Under the pieces are notes generated by a model. It saw nothing but the letters and a program-made list of their open reading frames with translations, was not told where the DNA came from and searched no databases. A DNA stretch of 63,917 nt, the filler included, from Psammoneis japonica (Eukaryota), in assembly GCA_008632985.1 (NCBI GenBank). It is 3 parts of 3 records of this genome, joined end to end, with 100 filler letters (N's around TTAATTAATTAA, not from the genome) between each part and the next. Parts side by side here need not be neighbours in the genome. Positions count along the whole stretch, not along the records: positions 27,046 to 54,433 come from QPGO01000415.1; positions 54,534 to 63,917 come from QPGO01000495.1; 1 more part is not named here. One strand, written 5' to 3'. Below, piece by piece: positions 51,701-62,655 of the stretch (the stretch's first letter is position 1; the number at the start of each line of letters is the position of its first letter). The position numbers were made by a program, and so were the translations under genes.

Positions 51701-54017
51701 TTGCAAACCGGCAAGAAGATCACTCGTCACAAGGTCACCCCTGTGCCCATCACTCCTGCCATCACAAAGCAGGTTCATCGTTTGGCTGAAATGAACAAGA
51801 TGCCCAACGGTCTCAAGATTCAGAACCGCACTGGAACTGTTTTGTACGACAGTGCTTGGCTTGCAGGAGTGGATTGTGATGAAGATCAATTTGAAGATGA
51901 AGATTGTGATCTAGAAGAAGACATTGAAACTGAAGACGACGAGGAAGAAGAGCTGGGCTGGGGAGACTGCGACAGAGTTAGTCAAGAAGAGCTGCAAGAC
52001 ACAATTCGAGAACAAGAATTGGATGAAGAAGCCAGCCACATCAGTGAAGAACAAGACGAGACTCAAGAAGAAACCTCCAATGATGAGCATCTTGGAGACA
52101 ATGACGAAGTTGGTTCTCAACCATCAGACGGCAGTGGAATTTCACAAGAAATCGACGACATGATCAACCACATTGATGAACAACAGAGGCTGGAACAAGA
52201 GAAGGAACACTCTCTGGAAGTGCAAGAGATCATTGACGAAATGAAAGACCTGGAGTCTGATGACGAATCTGTGGAGGAGCAGAGTGAAACCGAAGAAAGT
52301 GTCCAAGAAGAGCCTGTTGCTGCATCCAGGGCAGGAAGGACTCTGAAACCTCCAGTTAGATTCAGAGACTGCCAATGCCATCTACAGACTCAAGCTCATT
52401 CACAAGAAGAAGAGTGCAGCTTGGAAACAGCCAGAATCATGGCCGTGACAATGTGTCAGTGGAACGAGAAGATTAGCACGATTTCCACTGATGAAGAAGC
52501 ACATCAATTCATTCAGACTTGCAGCTTGGCACGAGGACTCCAGAAGTTTGGAGAAGAAGGCCACAAGTTGGCAGTGTCAGAGCTGAAGCAAATCCATGAT
52601 GGAGTGGTTTTCAAACCCATTCACATCAAGGACATGACTCCTCTGGAGAGGAAGAGAGCCATGGAGAGCCTCATGTTTCTCACAGAGAAGAGAGATGGAC
52701 GAATCAAGTCAAGGTTGTGTGCAAACGGAAGCACGCAACGAGAGCACATGGACCAAGACGAAACCACCAGTCCGACAGCATCCACAGAATCTGTTCTCAT
52801 CACAGGAGTGATTGATGCCAAGCAAGGCAGAGACATTGTGACAGCGGACATCCCGAACACATTTGTGCAAACGGACATCGAGGTCAAGGATGAAAAGATC
52901 ATCATGAAGATCCGTGGAAGGATGGTGGACATGTTGCTGGAATTGGATCAGACACTTGCCAGGACTGCGTCATGCATGAAGGCAAACACAAGGTTCTCTG
53001 TGTTGAAATGTTGAAGGCGCTCTACGGAATGCTGGTGTCCTCCATTCTTTGTCACAAGAAGTTCCGCAGGGGACATCGAAGGAATCGGATTTGAGATTGA
53101 CCCTTGTGATCCATGTGTCACCAACCGCATCGTGAATGGAAAACAACACACGGTGACATGGCATGTGGACGATTTGAAGTCTAGCCACGTTGACAGCAAG
53201 GTCAACGATGAATTCAAGATTTGGTTGGACAAAACTCATGCGGATGAGATCGGAAAGGTCAAAGTCACGCGTGGAAAGAGGCACGACCATCTAGCCATGA
53301 CTCTAGATTGCTCCATTCCAGGAGCACTGCAAGTTGACATGGTGCTTCACGTGCAAGGAATGGCCAAGGAGTTCTTCAAGGAATTCCCAGAAGAATTGTT
53401 GGGTGACATGGATTGCCCGTGGAGCGAGAAGCTCAACAAGGTGGATGAGACAGCCAAGAAATTAGATCTCAAGCGTGCTCGAGCATTTTGCACTTTTGTG
53501 ATGAAGGGCACATTTGTGTGCAAGAGAGCCAGACAGGACATTCAGCCTGGCATTGCTTTTCTCTCCACCAGGGTCAAGGGTCCGAATGAATCGGATTGGC
53601 CAAAGCTGGTGAGGCTCATGAATTTCCTCAGGACAACCCAGCTTGATGTCGCAGTCATGTCGGCTGGAGACAAAGTCATCATCAAGTGGCACACGGATGC
53701 CGCACTCACAGTCCATCTGGACCACAAAAGTCACACAGGTTCTACCATGACCCTTGAAAAAGGTGTCATGACATCAGTCAGCACGAAACAGAAGATCAAC
53801 ACCAGGAGTTCTACAGAAGCAGAGATCGTCGCAGGAGACGATGTTTTGGCAAAGGTCCTTTGGACCAAGCGTTTTGTTGAAGCTCAAGGTTTTGAAGTCG
53901 AGCGTAACATCATGCATCGAGACAATCAAAGTTGCATGAAACTACAACAAAATGGAAAGGCCAGCTCGGGCAAACGCACGAGACATTTCAACATCAAGCA
54001 TTTTTACTGACAGGATT
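48748..54017 (+). mobile_element. Near full-length decayed Ty1/copia element (gag from 49148; PR, INT, RT, RNase H), 3' end cut off at 54017
   Basis: Zinc knuckle CCCCGKAGHNSSKC; protease WISLDNQST; integrase CDNGF...EHAPEAERNNR; RT KSRLCANG, ADIPNTFVQ, WHVDDL; RNase H DHKSHTG, SSTEAE, DNQS, RTRHFNIKHF; several frameshifts and stops. Possible LTR/PBS junction CA|TGGTGAATT at 48747/48748. Confidence 0.93.
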
Positions 54018-54433
54018 TGAACAGGATTTGGATGCGCGCGAAGCATCGCGCGCTGTTTAGTTTACCGCGCACAGTTTTGTGTGCTTTAGTTCCGCGCGTT
54101 CACGCGCGATGTAGTTTGCTTTCGAGCCACAAGGCTCACAAGAATGACAACAGTAGCCCGATTGTGCCGACTCACACGTCTTTCGGCTCCTGCAACGGTC
54201 TCTGAGCGGAGACTCATCTGCTATTTAGACAGCAGTAAGGAGTTATTGTTTGAATTCTTGCCATTTGCCTTCAATTTCTATCAGATTAACAGTCTTGCTC
54301 ATTGTCAACCCATTGAGCAACCGCCATCGTCGTCGTTGATTTACCAACGACGCTATTTCAATTCTACGTGGACCTCCGTATATATTCTACATACATCGGC
54401 AAGTCTACGCGCATTCAATACCAGGGCATCGGA
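54018..54433 (+). mobile_element. Possible 5' end (LTR) of a younger element inserted into the Copia RNase H
   Basis: Begins with TG right after codons for TDRI; normal TpA content, unlike the host element; runs into the scaffold linker. Confidence 0.4.
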
Positions 54434-54533
54434 NNNNNNNNNNNNNNNNNNNNNNNNNNNNNNNNNNNNNNNNNNNNTTAATTAATTAANNNNNNNNNNN
54501 NNNNNNNNNNNNNNNNNNNNNNNNNNNNNNNNN
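54434..54533. other. Artificial scaffold linker N-TTAATTAATTAA-N
   Basis: 12-mer at 54478-54489. Confidence 0.95.
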
Positions 54534-56158
54534 CTGCTCCACCGACGTGCATGGGAAATGGTGCCAAGAACGGCAGGTGTGAATGTGCTACCCGGCACAT
54601 GGGCTTTCAAACTCAAACGACTCCCGGATGGCACGCCCTTGAAGTGCAAGGCACGATGTTGCGTTCGCGGCGATTTGCAGAAACACGGGATCGATTTTTT
54701 CGAGACCTGCGCGCCGGCAGTGCAATGGTCGTCCATGCGCCTTCTCCTCACCACGGTGCTCAAGGAAGGTTGGACCACACGTCAAGTGGACTGTGCTGCA
54801 GCCTTCTGCCAAGCTGATGTCAAGGAGAAGGTCTGTGTAGAGCCTCCCAAGGGTTTCCAGCCAAAATCGGGCGCCGATCTGGCACCAAAATTGTTGAAAG
54901 GCCCACACGGCCTACGCCAGTCTCCCAAGTGCTTCCATGAAAAGCTGAGGGACGGATTGCTTGAAAGAGGATGGATTCAATCCGCCATTGACCCTTGTCT
55001 TTATTTCAAAAAGGGCATGTCATGTGTGGCGCATGTTGATGATGCCGTGTTCGCCGGCGCATCGGCCCAAGCCTTGGAAGCAGAGATTGCCAAGTTGGGC
55101 ATTTCTGATGATGAGCAACGCCATGTCTTTGATCTACGTGATGAAGGCAAAGTTGGCAACTTTCTAGGTATCAAGATTCAAAAGCTCGAAGACGGCCGAT
55201 TCCTCCTGACCCAACCCGGCCTAATTGAGAAAGTTCTCCGCACCGCACAGATGACTGAGTGCAACGGCGCACCCACTCCTGCCTTGCCTGCTCCTGCTGG
55301 CAGCGATGCCGACGGGCCACCGTTCGATGAGCCTCATGACTGCCGTTCCGTGGTCGGCATGCTGATGTGTCTAGCGTCCAACAGCCGCCCGGACATTGCT
55401 TGCGCGACCCATCAAGTCGCGCGGTTCTCCTGCGCACCCAAGGCCTCCCACGCTGTGGCCATCAAGCGCATTCTTCGTNNNNNNNNNNNNNNNNNNNNNN
55501 NNNNNNNNNNNNNNNNNNNNNNNNNNNNNNNNNNNNNNNNNNNNNNNNNNNNNNNNNNNNNNNNNNNNNNNNNNNNNNNNNNNNNNNNNNNNNNNNNNNN
55601 NNNNNNNNNNNNNNNNNNNNNNNNNNNNNNNNNNNNNNNNNNNNNNNNNNNNNNNNNNNNNNNNNNNNNNNNNNNNNNNNNNNNNNNNNNNNNNNNNNNN
55701 NNNNNNNNNNNNNNNNNNNNNNNNNNNNNNNNNNNNNNNNNNNNNNNNNNNNNNNNNNNNNNNNNNNNNNNNNNNNNNNNNNNNNNNNNNNNNNNNNNNN
55801 NNNNNNNNNNNNNNNNNNNNNNNNNNNNNNNNNNNNNNNNNNNNNNNNNNNNNNNNNNNNNNNNNNNNNNNNNNNNNNNNNNNNNNNNNNNNNNNNNNNN
55901 NNNNNNNNNNNNNNNNNNNNNNNNNNNNGCCCGTGTGCCAAAATTGTCCCCACAAACCAAGCACATCGGCATTCCCCACCATTGGTTTTGCACTAAAGTT
56001 GAGGCTTTGGAGATCAAAATTGAGCCTGTGAGCTCAGCTGCACAGCTTGCTGACCAGTTTGCTAAAGGATTGACTGTTGATCCATTCCGTGCTGGTCGCA
56101 AAGCCCTCATGGGCTGGTGACTGACAGTTCTCCTTCTCTTTTCGGTTGAGAGGGAGAG
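54534..56158 (+). mobile_element. Decayed Ty1/copia RT-RNase H of a different family, with putative polypurine tract GAGAGGGAGAG (56148-56158)
   Basis: WAFKLKRLPDG..KCKARCCVRGDLQ..GIDFFETCAP, HGLRQSP, AHVDD, RPDIAC, TKHI, QLADQFAKGL; N gap 55479-55928. Confidence 0.93.
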
Positions 56159-57293
56159 TCACGAGTCAACAACCGAGTCTGATTCATGGATGACGCTTCC
56201 GGTCATGGATCTCTTCTTCCGGAAGAAATGTCCGTTGAGTCTTCTAGCGACAGCAATCGGAGTGACACACACGACCGTCAGGTCACAATGTCATCTCCAA
56301 TCCCTCGTGAGATCTTCTCACAATTCGTATCTTCAGCGCATCTCATTGTCCCAAAACTGCTTCTCATCATCCTCTGTTGCACTGTACAACCTCAAGAGAG
56401 TCCTGAACTCTCCATCCTGCACAGTGCATTGTTGCATCCCAAGTCCCCACACACTCTGCAGGGGCTCCTGTAAAAAAACAACAATGTCCATGTGCTGCCT
56501 TTTTGCAATGGGTCTCTTTCTTTTCCAAGATTTGCAATGTTGTTTTTTTTCAAGCACTGCACAATTAGAGCCAACATGGTGGTGGGCAGTGGTTGGTGTC
56601 TTGCTGGCAATCGTGGCAGCAGCCACCACAGGAGCATCGACCCTGTCTTCTTGTGTGAACACTCATGCTTCCATGGGATGGTGCTTTTCCTCACAATCAA
56701 GCAGGGCCAAGCCATCCAGAAAAATCAACATGGGCAAGGGTCTCAAGAGCAACCACAGCCATTGCTTGAGGCTGTGTGCGCGTCGCTTCTTTCTCACAAA
56801 ATTTCTCCTCTTTAGACATTTGCAGACACATGATCAAACAGAGATCTCGATTGGTCAAAGAGATCAAAAGCACAAGAGCACCCCAACAGATTGTGCCAGA
56901 GCCTGTGGCAAAAAACAAATGTCCTGTTCTTGGTCGCACCAGCAACAAAGAAAGAGACTTTTGGCGGCAGCCCGGCAGCCAACAAGGGCTCAGAAGCTCC
57001 TGTCTGGGCTGTCACGTGTGACGTTGTTTTGCTTCCCAAGAACAACATTATGCATTCAGAACAATGGCTCTTTTTGCGTCAGTTAACAGGGTATAAGTGG
57101 AGGTGCTGCTTTGTTTGGTCAGTAGAAAGTTCCAAGACAATGAGGTGTCGGGCCACACTTTCTGGGCGAGTGGAGAACAGCACCCGGAGGCTCGAAGCGT
57201 TCACTGTTGATCGATTCGATTGATTCGATTCGTTCATCTTCAGCGACGGGCGGCAAAGCACAAAAACCCAAAACAAAAAAATCAACTCTCACC

Positions 57294-58552
57294 ATGTTCT
57301 CGTGGTCGTCCAGCGGAAGCAGAAGACAGTCTGCATCGACATACCCCGGCAACAGATCCACACCAGTCGCACAGGTTGTCTCTGGATCGATAAGGCCACC
57401 CACGTATACGCGTCAAGAGCACTTGGATTCGTATTTGAACGATGCAACGCTAAAGCCCTCAACTCGCCGAGTCTCTTCGGGTGAGTGCGTAGAAACTGTA
57501 CTGCTGCTTACGTAGCTTTCTCAAAACGACAACACGACTTACAAGTTTCGAATTCTCGTTTGTTGTTTTCTTGTTGCATAGACGACTCTACCCATGATAC
57601 AGTCTTTCAAACCACATCGGGTGATGCTTTGATTTTACGTGTACGCTTACCACCCGTTGCTCATTCGTCGGCTCCTTCCCGAGCACCCGCAATGTCGTTG
57701 GTAGGGGTCGATGCATCGCATCCGTGGCTAGATTCTCGCATGTGTATCGTGGGGTATTCCGAAATTGCATCCGATGCAGCGTGGCAGTCATCTGGAATGT
57801 TGTTGGGAGTTGCAGTCAACAATGTAGTGCGTCAGCTGCAATTAGAACCGCCTCGTATTCGTAGTATTACCGACCCAGGACTTCAGCGTATTCAGCAACG
57901 AATTAACGGAACAAGCAATCATGATAGCGGCTCGCAACAGCAGAGAGGCACTCCGTCTCGAAACGGTGCAAGGAAACATGGTATTTCCCATCCCGATGCA
58001 CCTCCGGATTACGAATCACTCAGGGTTCCAGAGATTCGATTACCCGACATTCCTACCGAGTTTCCTCAGTTGAACAACAAGTCGCGAGATGAATTGCAGT
58101 CCATGCTAGATGATGAGTTGGATTTCTTGACTATGGTTCATTCGCTGCCTGTGTACCAGCAGACTCAAAAGAAAGCAATAGCAGCAATGGATGAAAACGT
58201 ACAGTTGGCAAAAGCAAACTTGTCCCTCGAATCGGAAACAAAGGAATTGCACACGAGCGTTGTCTCGCTCAAGGAGAATCTCGAGAAGAAGGTTCAAGAG
58301 TTTCAACTTTTGGAACAGCAACAAGATGCCCTGATTGCGCCACCCGATGTAAATGATGTCACGCGAAAGCTGACTAGAGCAAAGAAGGAAGCATTTGAAG
58401 AATCCGAAGACTTAGCCATGAAGTGGATCGACGAAGGCAATGCTGACAATGTGGATGACTTTGTCAAGGAGTTTCTTGAGGTGCGAGCACTTCATCACAC
58501 GCGTGCAGCAAAGCTAGAGCGCCTAAAGGTTGGTACAAGTGCCCTAATTTAA
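57294..58552 (+). CDS. VPS37: ESCRT-I subunit VPS37-like, 385 aa; exons 57294-57480 and 57582-58552
   Basis: N-terminal UEV-like region (HPWLD), Pro-rich linker, coiled coil and Mod(r)-type C-terminus EAFEESEDLA...VDDFVKEFLEVRALHHTRAAKLERL; GTGAGT...TAG intron of 101 nt keeps the frame. Confidence 0.8.
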
Positions 58553-58934
58553 ATGAGTTTTTGTTACTTTGCTGATCTGGTTCAACGAAAAGAAGTGACA
58601 CGACTCGAACTATGTTGTTGCCATGTTGTGTTCGTTCTGTTTGAGCTGGATCGACTCTCGCCCGAGTCGTCGCCTCCATTGCTCCATGATGCCTTCTCGT
58701 ATGGAAGAGGATGACAGTGCCTACTTCTAGATACGATGATTATGCCTCGTATTATCGAATTAAATGAGTCCCTACATGTAATCACCGAGAAGGATAATAC
58801 CACAAAACAGTTGGTTTCCGTCATATTAACTTGTCCCGTCCCGGTTACTTCCCGCCTAAAATTATCACACAAAACCCCTTTTCCCCATTGGCTGTCTCCT
58901 CCTTGTCACCATTCGTGCAGCCAAACCTTAAGGT

Positions 58935-61900
58935 TTACACAGACACACTGCTTTCCATGTTGCGGGGATTGAAACCTCCCATCGGGAACCTTCTGTTCTG
59001 GTTTCGTTTTTCAATTTCATCGGCTAAACCCTCGAGCCTACGCTGGCACGTCTCTAGTGATTTCACTGTTTCGGTTGCGAATACATCTCGCTGCAACATG
59101 TGCTCCCAGCTATCCAGCAAACGTGGTACACGTAGACCAGTTGAACACACCAATGAAATCAGCATTGCATAGGTCTGGATTGAATCCTGTTCCTTGCCTT
59201 CACGAATCGTAGCCCCAACCTCGTATGGGCTCCCAAAGTAGTCCGAGACTTGACCAACGTGCTCATGATATGCAGTCACTGAACAGACAAGAGTCGTGAA
59301 CACATCGCTATGAAATTATTCAAACCGATAAGGGTGAGAATGCGATTCGGAAGAAGAAAGCCCCTCACTGTAGAGGCAACTTACACTACATGATCGAATT
59401 CGGTTAGATCGTCTTCTCGATCAAGTTTGAGATGCTCAGCAAGTTCATCCAAACAATTCTGCATGGCTTCGTCGTCGTCCAGCTGTTGCGGACCGCGGAC
59501 ATACACCGTGGTGAAAACTTCGTGGACAAGAGTTCTCATTATCTGCCAGAACTGGTTCAGGTCGTGATTTGCTGGATACTTTTATCGTCTAAACTCTGCA
59601 TACCAGGATCGATGCGATCTCGGAGATCTAAGAACTTGTAATTGCCAGTGATATCCGCAAAAAGCTTCTGGAGATCATCACTGTCGAAGGCCCAAATGCG
59701 CTCAACATGTCCTCGTTTAATCGTAAGAACCGAGGCAGCATTGTAATTAATGGAGATGGTGCGATATGTGAAGATCTTGAAAAAGGCCCGCAACGGATGG
59801 GTTGCGGGGAGGCATTTTCGTGTTGCCCAAGCTAGAGCACCGGACTCAATCAAGTGGGTGTAGCAAAGATGGTCCCCTACCGTCGCCACAGCAAGAGCGG
59901 TCGTCTTCCATACCCACACTGCATGACTCCACTCTTTTGCATCGTTCTCTTCCTCCCAGGGAAATTTCCGATGCTGTGGCGGAAGCTTCAGCTTCCCGTC
60001 AAAAGACGTAAATATACCTATAACGTTGCAATTGCGATCAAAGTAGGCTCTTGCTCCATACCTCTGATAGCCTTGACGGACCTTGTACCTGCTTAGAAAG
60101 TGATTGTCGTTAACAAAAGCCGAACCTGGTGGCACGTCAGGACCTGCAGTCTGGACTGGCACGGTTCGAAAGCACGCCGCCCCACCAAAGGCTAGTTGAG
60201 AAACCTGGTCTACGGGGGTGAAATTCATGTAATCCACATTTGTAGGCGGGAAGAGCTTCCCAAACCATTTGATCCGCCAGCCGATTGCTTCCTCTTTGGA
60301 TCGAAACTCGTCAGAGTTGTCTTGTGGGGGGCCACCGAGTCGGAGAGTAGATTTGATCAGTGGCACAAGAGGATTTGGAGGTTCGTCCTCGTCATAAACG
60401 GGAAGCTTAAACCCAAAGTCGAGCGTAGCCAGCTGAAGATCTTTCTGCTTTGCATCCCCAGGATACAATGCGTCGGCGGCACCGGGGAAATTGCTGTTCC
60501 ACATCTTCTGGTACTTGTTTGACGAGCGCAGCAAAAACTTGGAAAAGAAGGTCAGCTCATTCTCTTTTATACGGTTGAATCGTTCGTTTGATAGAAGTGC
60601 CCGATGGTGGTTGTCATCCGTTGGCTTAAACCTGTCAACAACATACTGGACAACTATGAGCGATGTATTGTGGCCAGGGCAGCTTCGAGGTGGTTGGTCA
60701 CCTTGTCGGTCCTTCACAATAGACGCCTCAGTTCCGTTCCAAGTGAGCAGCTGATTAAGCTGCTCGATATTGCGATCGAAACGGAAATCACGGGCATCTT
60801 CGCCAAACACGTCTATATCTCTGTTGGCATTCACAATGGAAGCATGCAGAGATGTTCCGTTGGGAATGATATATCTTTTCCCCTTGATGACAATGGTCCT
60901 TTCCATATCATAGTAAGCCTCCATGTTGACAAGAGGCACCTGGTTGTCTAGACGAGCTACTTCCTTTATGAACTTTCGTTTGTTGCTCTCGTACAGCGGA
61001 AGATTGGTGGGTCGATCTTCATAGATTTTCCTCACGGTGGCACTGGACAGTGTCGAAGGCGACACTGCCCCCGCAATAGAGAAGACAATAGCAAGGTAAC
61101 GAACGGTCTCACCGCCGTCCCATCCAAAAGAATCCCCAAGGGCAAGAGCCCTGCGGAGAGAAGGGGCGTTAGGGTATCGAAGCAACGCATCACGCATCGC
61201 TTTGTAGCTCGCCATTGCCCTGCGTTCAAGTATACCTCCAAAAAGGAGGAAATTAAACCACGACGGGAGAAATGGCCCGGGGTTATACAATACACCATCA
61301 AGAGCATCCAGTTCCGCTCTCGTAAACTCTCCACCAGTGAGCAAATGGAAAAGAGTTGCCATGAAAGATTTCTCGATTACCTTATCGTCGACCTTGCTAC
61401 CGTCCTCATTTGGATAAGGCAGGCTCGCATTCAGGTGGGCCCTCGTTGACGGGTTCATGAGGTTCTTGACAACATCTTGGAGCCAAACTCTTATAATCTG
61501 ACGTCCTTGCTTGACCATGAAGCGCTGCTGCTTGATCTGAGGATAGAAAACAGTAGTCTTGTCGGAGAATATATACTGGGCCTGGCTCACGCGCCAACCA
61601 ACACTGTACTGTCCCTTTACAATACTAGGATCCTCAATCAACTTCTTCACTGACGCGTGCGTGGTAAAGCCGATCCCGTTACCCATTGGATACTGAGGCC
61701 CAAACTCTTCCACGAGAACGTCAATATACAACACAACCTTCTTACCGACAATAATATACTCCACAAGGAATGCAAACTGGAGGATTATGGGTAACCACCA
61801 ACCGAAGAGTAGCTTAGCAATAATGCTATGCTTGTTGAAGATCCAAAAGAGGCGCATGTGTGCTCCACCAATCACCAGGTTCTTCGTAGGGAATCGCTTC

Positions 61901-62655
61901 TCTGCAACGCCTTCGAATCCCTTGAAGAACGAGAGGGGACGAGTGAAGGAGTAGTAAAGGATGCAAAACGCCGCATAAGGAATGTAAAGCATCAACAGCA
62001 AGGCAAGGCACGCCAACCCAATCAGGCCGGTCAGTATATACGTTGGTTTCTGTAGACCACGAGGCATGATCTTGTCGATGTAGGTATGAGGAGTTGGGAT
62101 GGGGTCCTTGAGGTCTTCTTGAATAGTCTCCCAGTGAGTCTTGGGCCGGTACCATTCTTCTTGTTTCAAAAGACGCGAGTCCTTCATGATTGTACACCTG
62201 AAGACCCAGTAGGCCGCAGGACCAACGGGTCCAGCAGCAAAGGTTAAGAATAACTGAAACGTAAATACGAGTCGATGAAGTGGCTTGACGTCGTAGTTGG
62301 AATAAAAGTCCAGAGCCATTACGTTTGCCACCAGAAGATCCATGACAGCAAAGTGATACAGGGCCGCCAAGGCAACTTCATTTTGACCAAAGGTCTTGGC
62401 AACACCGTCCAAGGTAAGAAAATCTTCATAGGAAGTCAAATGATTAACCATGCCATAAGCAACTGCGCCCAAGTACCCGACGGCCAGAATCAGCGCAGGG
62501 ACCAACACCGTAGTCAGTGGGTACTTTTTGCAAGGGACCAATACAAGAGAAGCCCATCCAGAAAGCACAATGAATGTCATGGGAAACAGTACATCCGAAA
62601 AGAGTTCTGAAACGTCTTCTACCCCGAAACGATCCAGAACCAAATTCCAAAACAT
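58935..62655 (-). CDS. ABA4/DUF4281-like + cytochrome P450 (CYP74-like) + lipoxygenase fusion, about 1214 aa; exons 62655-59385 (one-base frameshift at 59580-59583) and 59307-58935
   Basis: P450: EVAR (ExxR, 60963-60952), ANRD..F..DARDFRFDR, RSCPG (Cys 60681-60679). LOX: DHLCYTH (59871-59854), LPATHPL, RTISIN, YHEHVGQ (59267-59253), C-terminal SSVSV*. 77-nt GTAAGT...TAG intron. First in-frame ATG at 62655; the true start is uncertain. Confidence 0.85.

Noticed and set aside
8324..56120. Classical RIP or CpG deamination as the explanation for CA/TG excess
   Set aside because: RIP creates TpA and stop codons, whereas TpA is lost here. CpG decay may contribute to some CA/TG swaps but cannot turn Tyr codons into Cys/His or TTAA into TTGA/TCAA.
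48748..56120. ADAR-type RNA editing fixed by reverse transcription as the sole cause
   Set aside because: That would give A>G on one strand of retroelements only. Both TG and CA outcomes occur within one element, and DNA transposon flanks and satellites are also affected.
56186..57086. 298-aa ORF downstream of the Copia as a gene
   Set aside because: It lies in TpA-depleted DNA, is Cys-rich, has no recognisable motif, and is probably open only because stops were lost.
42390..62655. Alternative genetic code (TGY or CAY read as Tyr)
   Set aside because: Host genes use TAY for conserved Tyr and TAA/TAG stops normally; non-coding TSDs and TIRs show the same changes.
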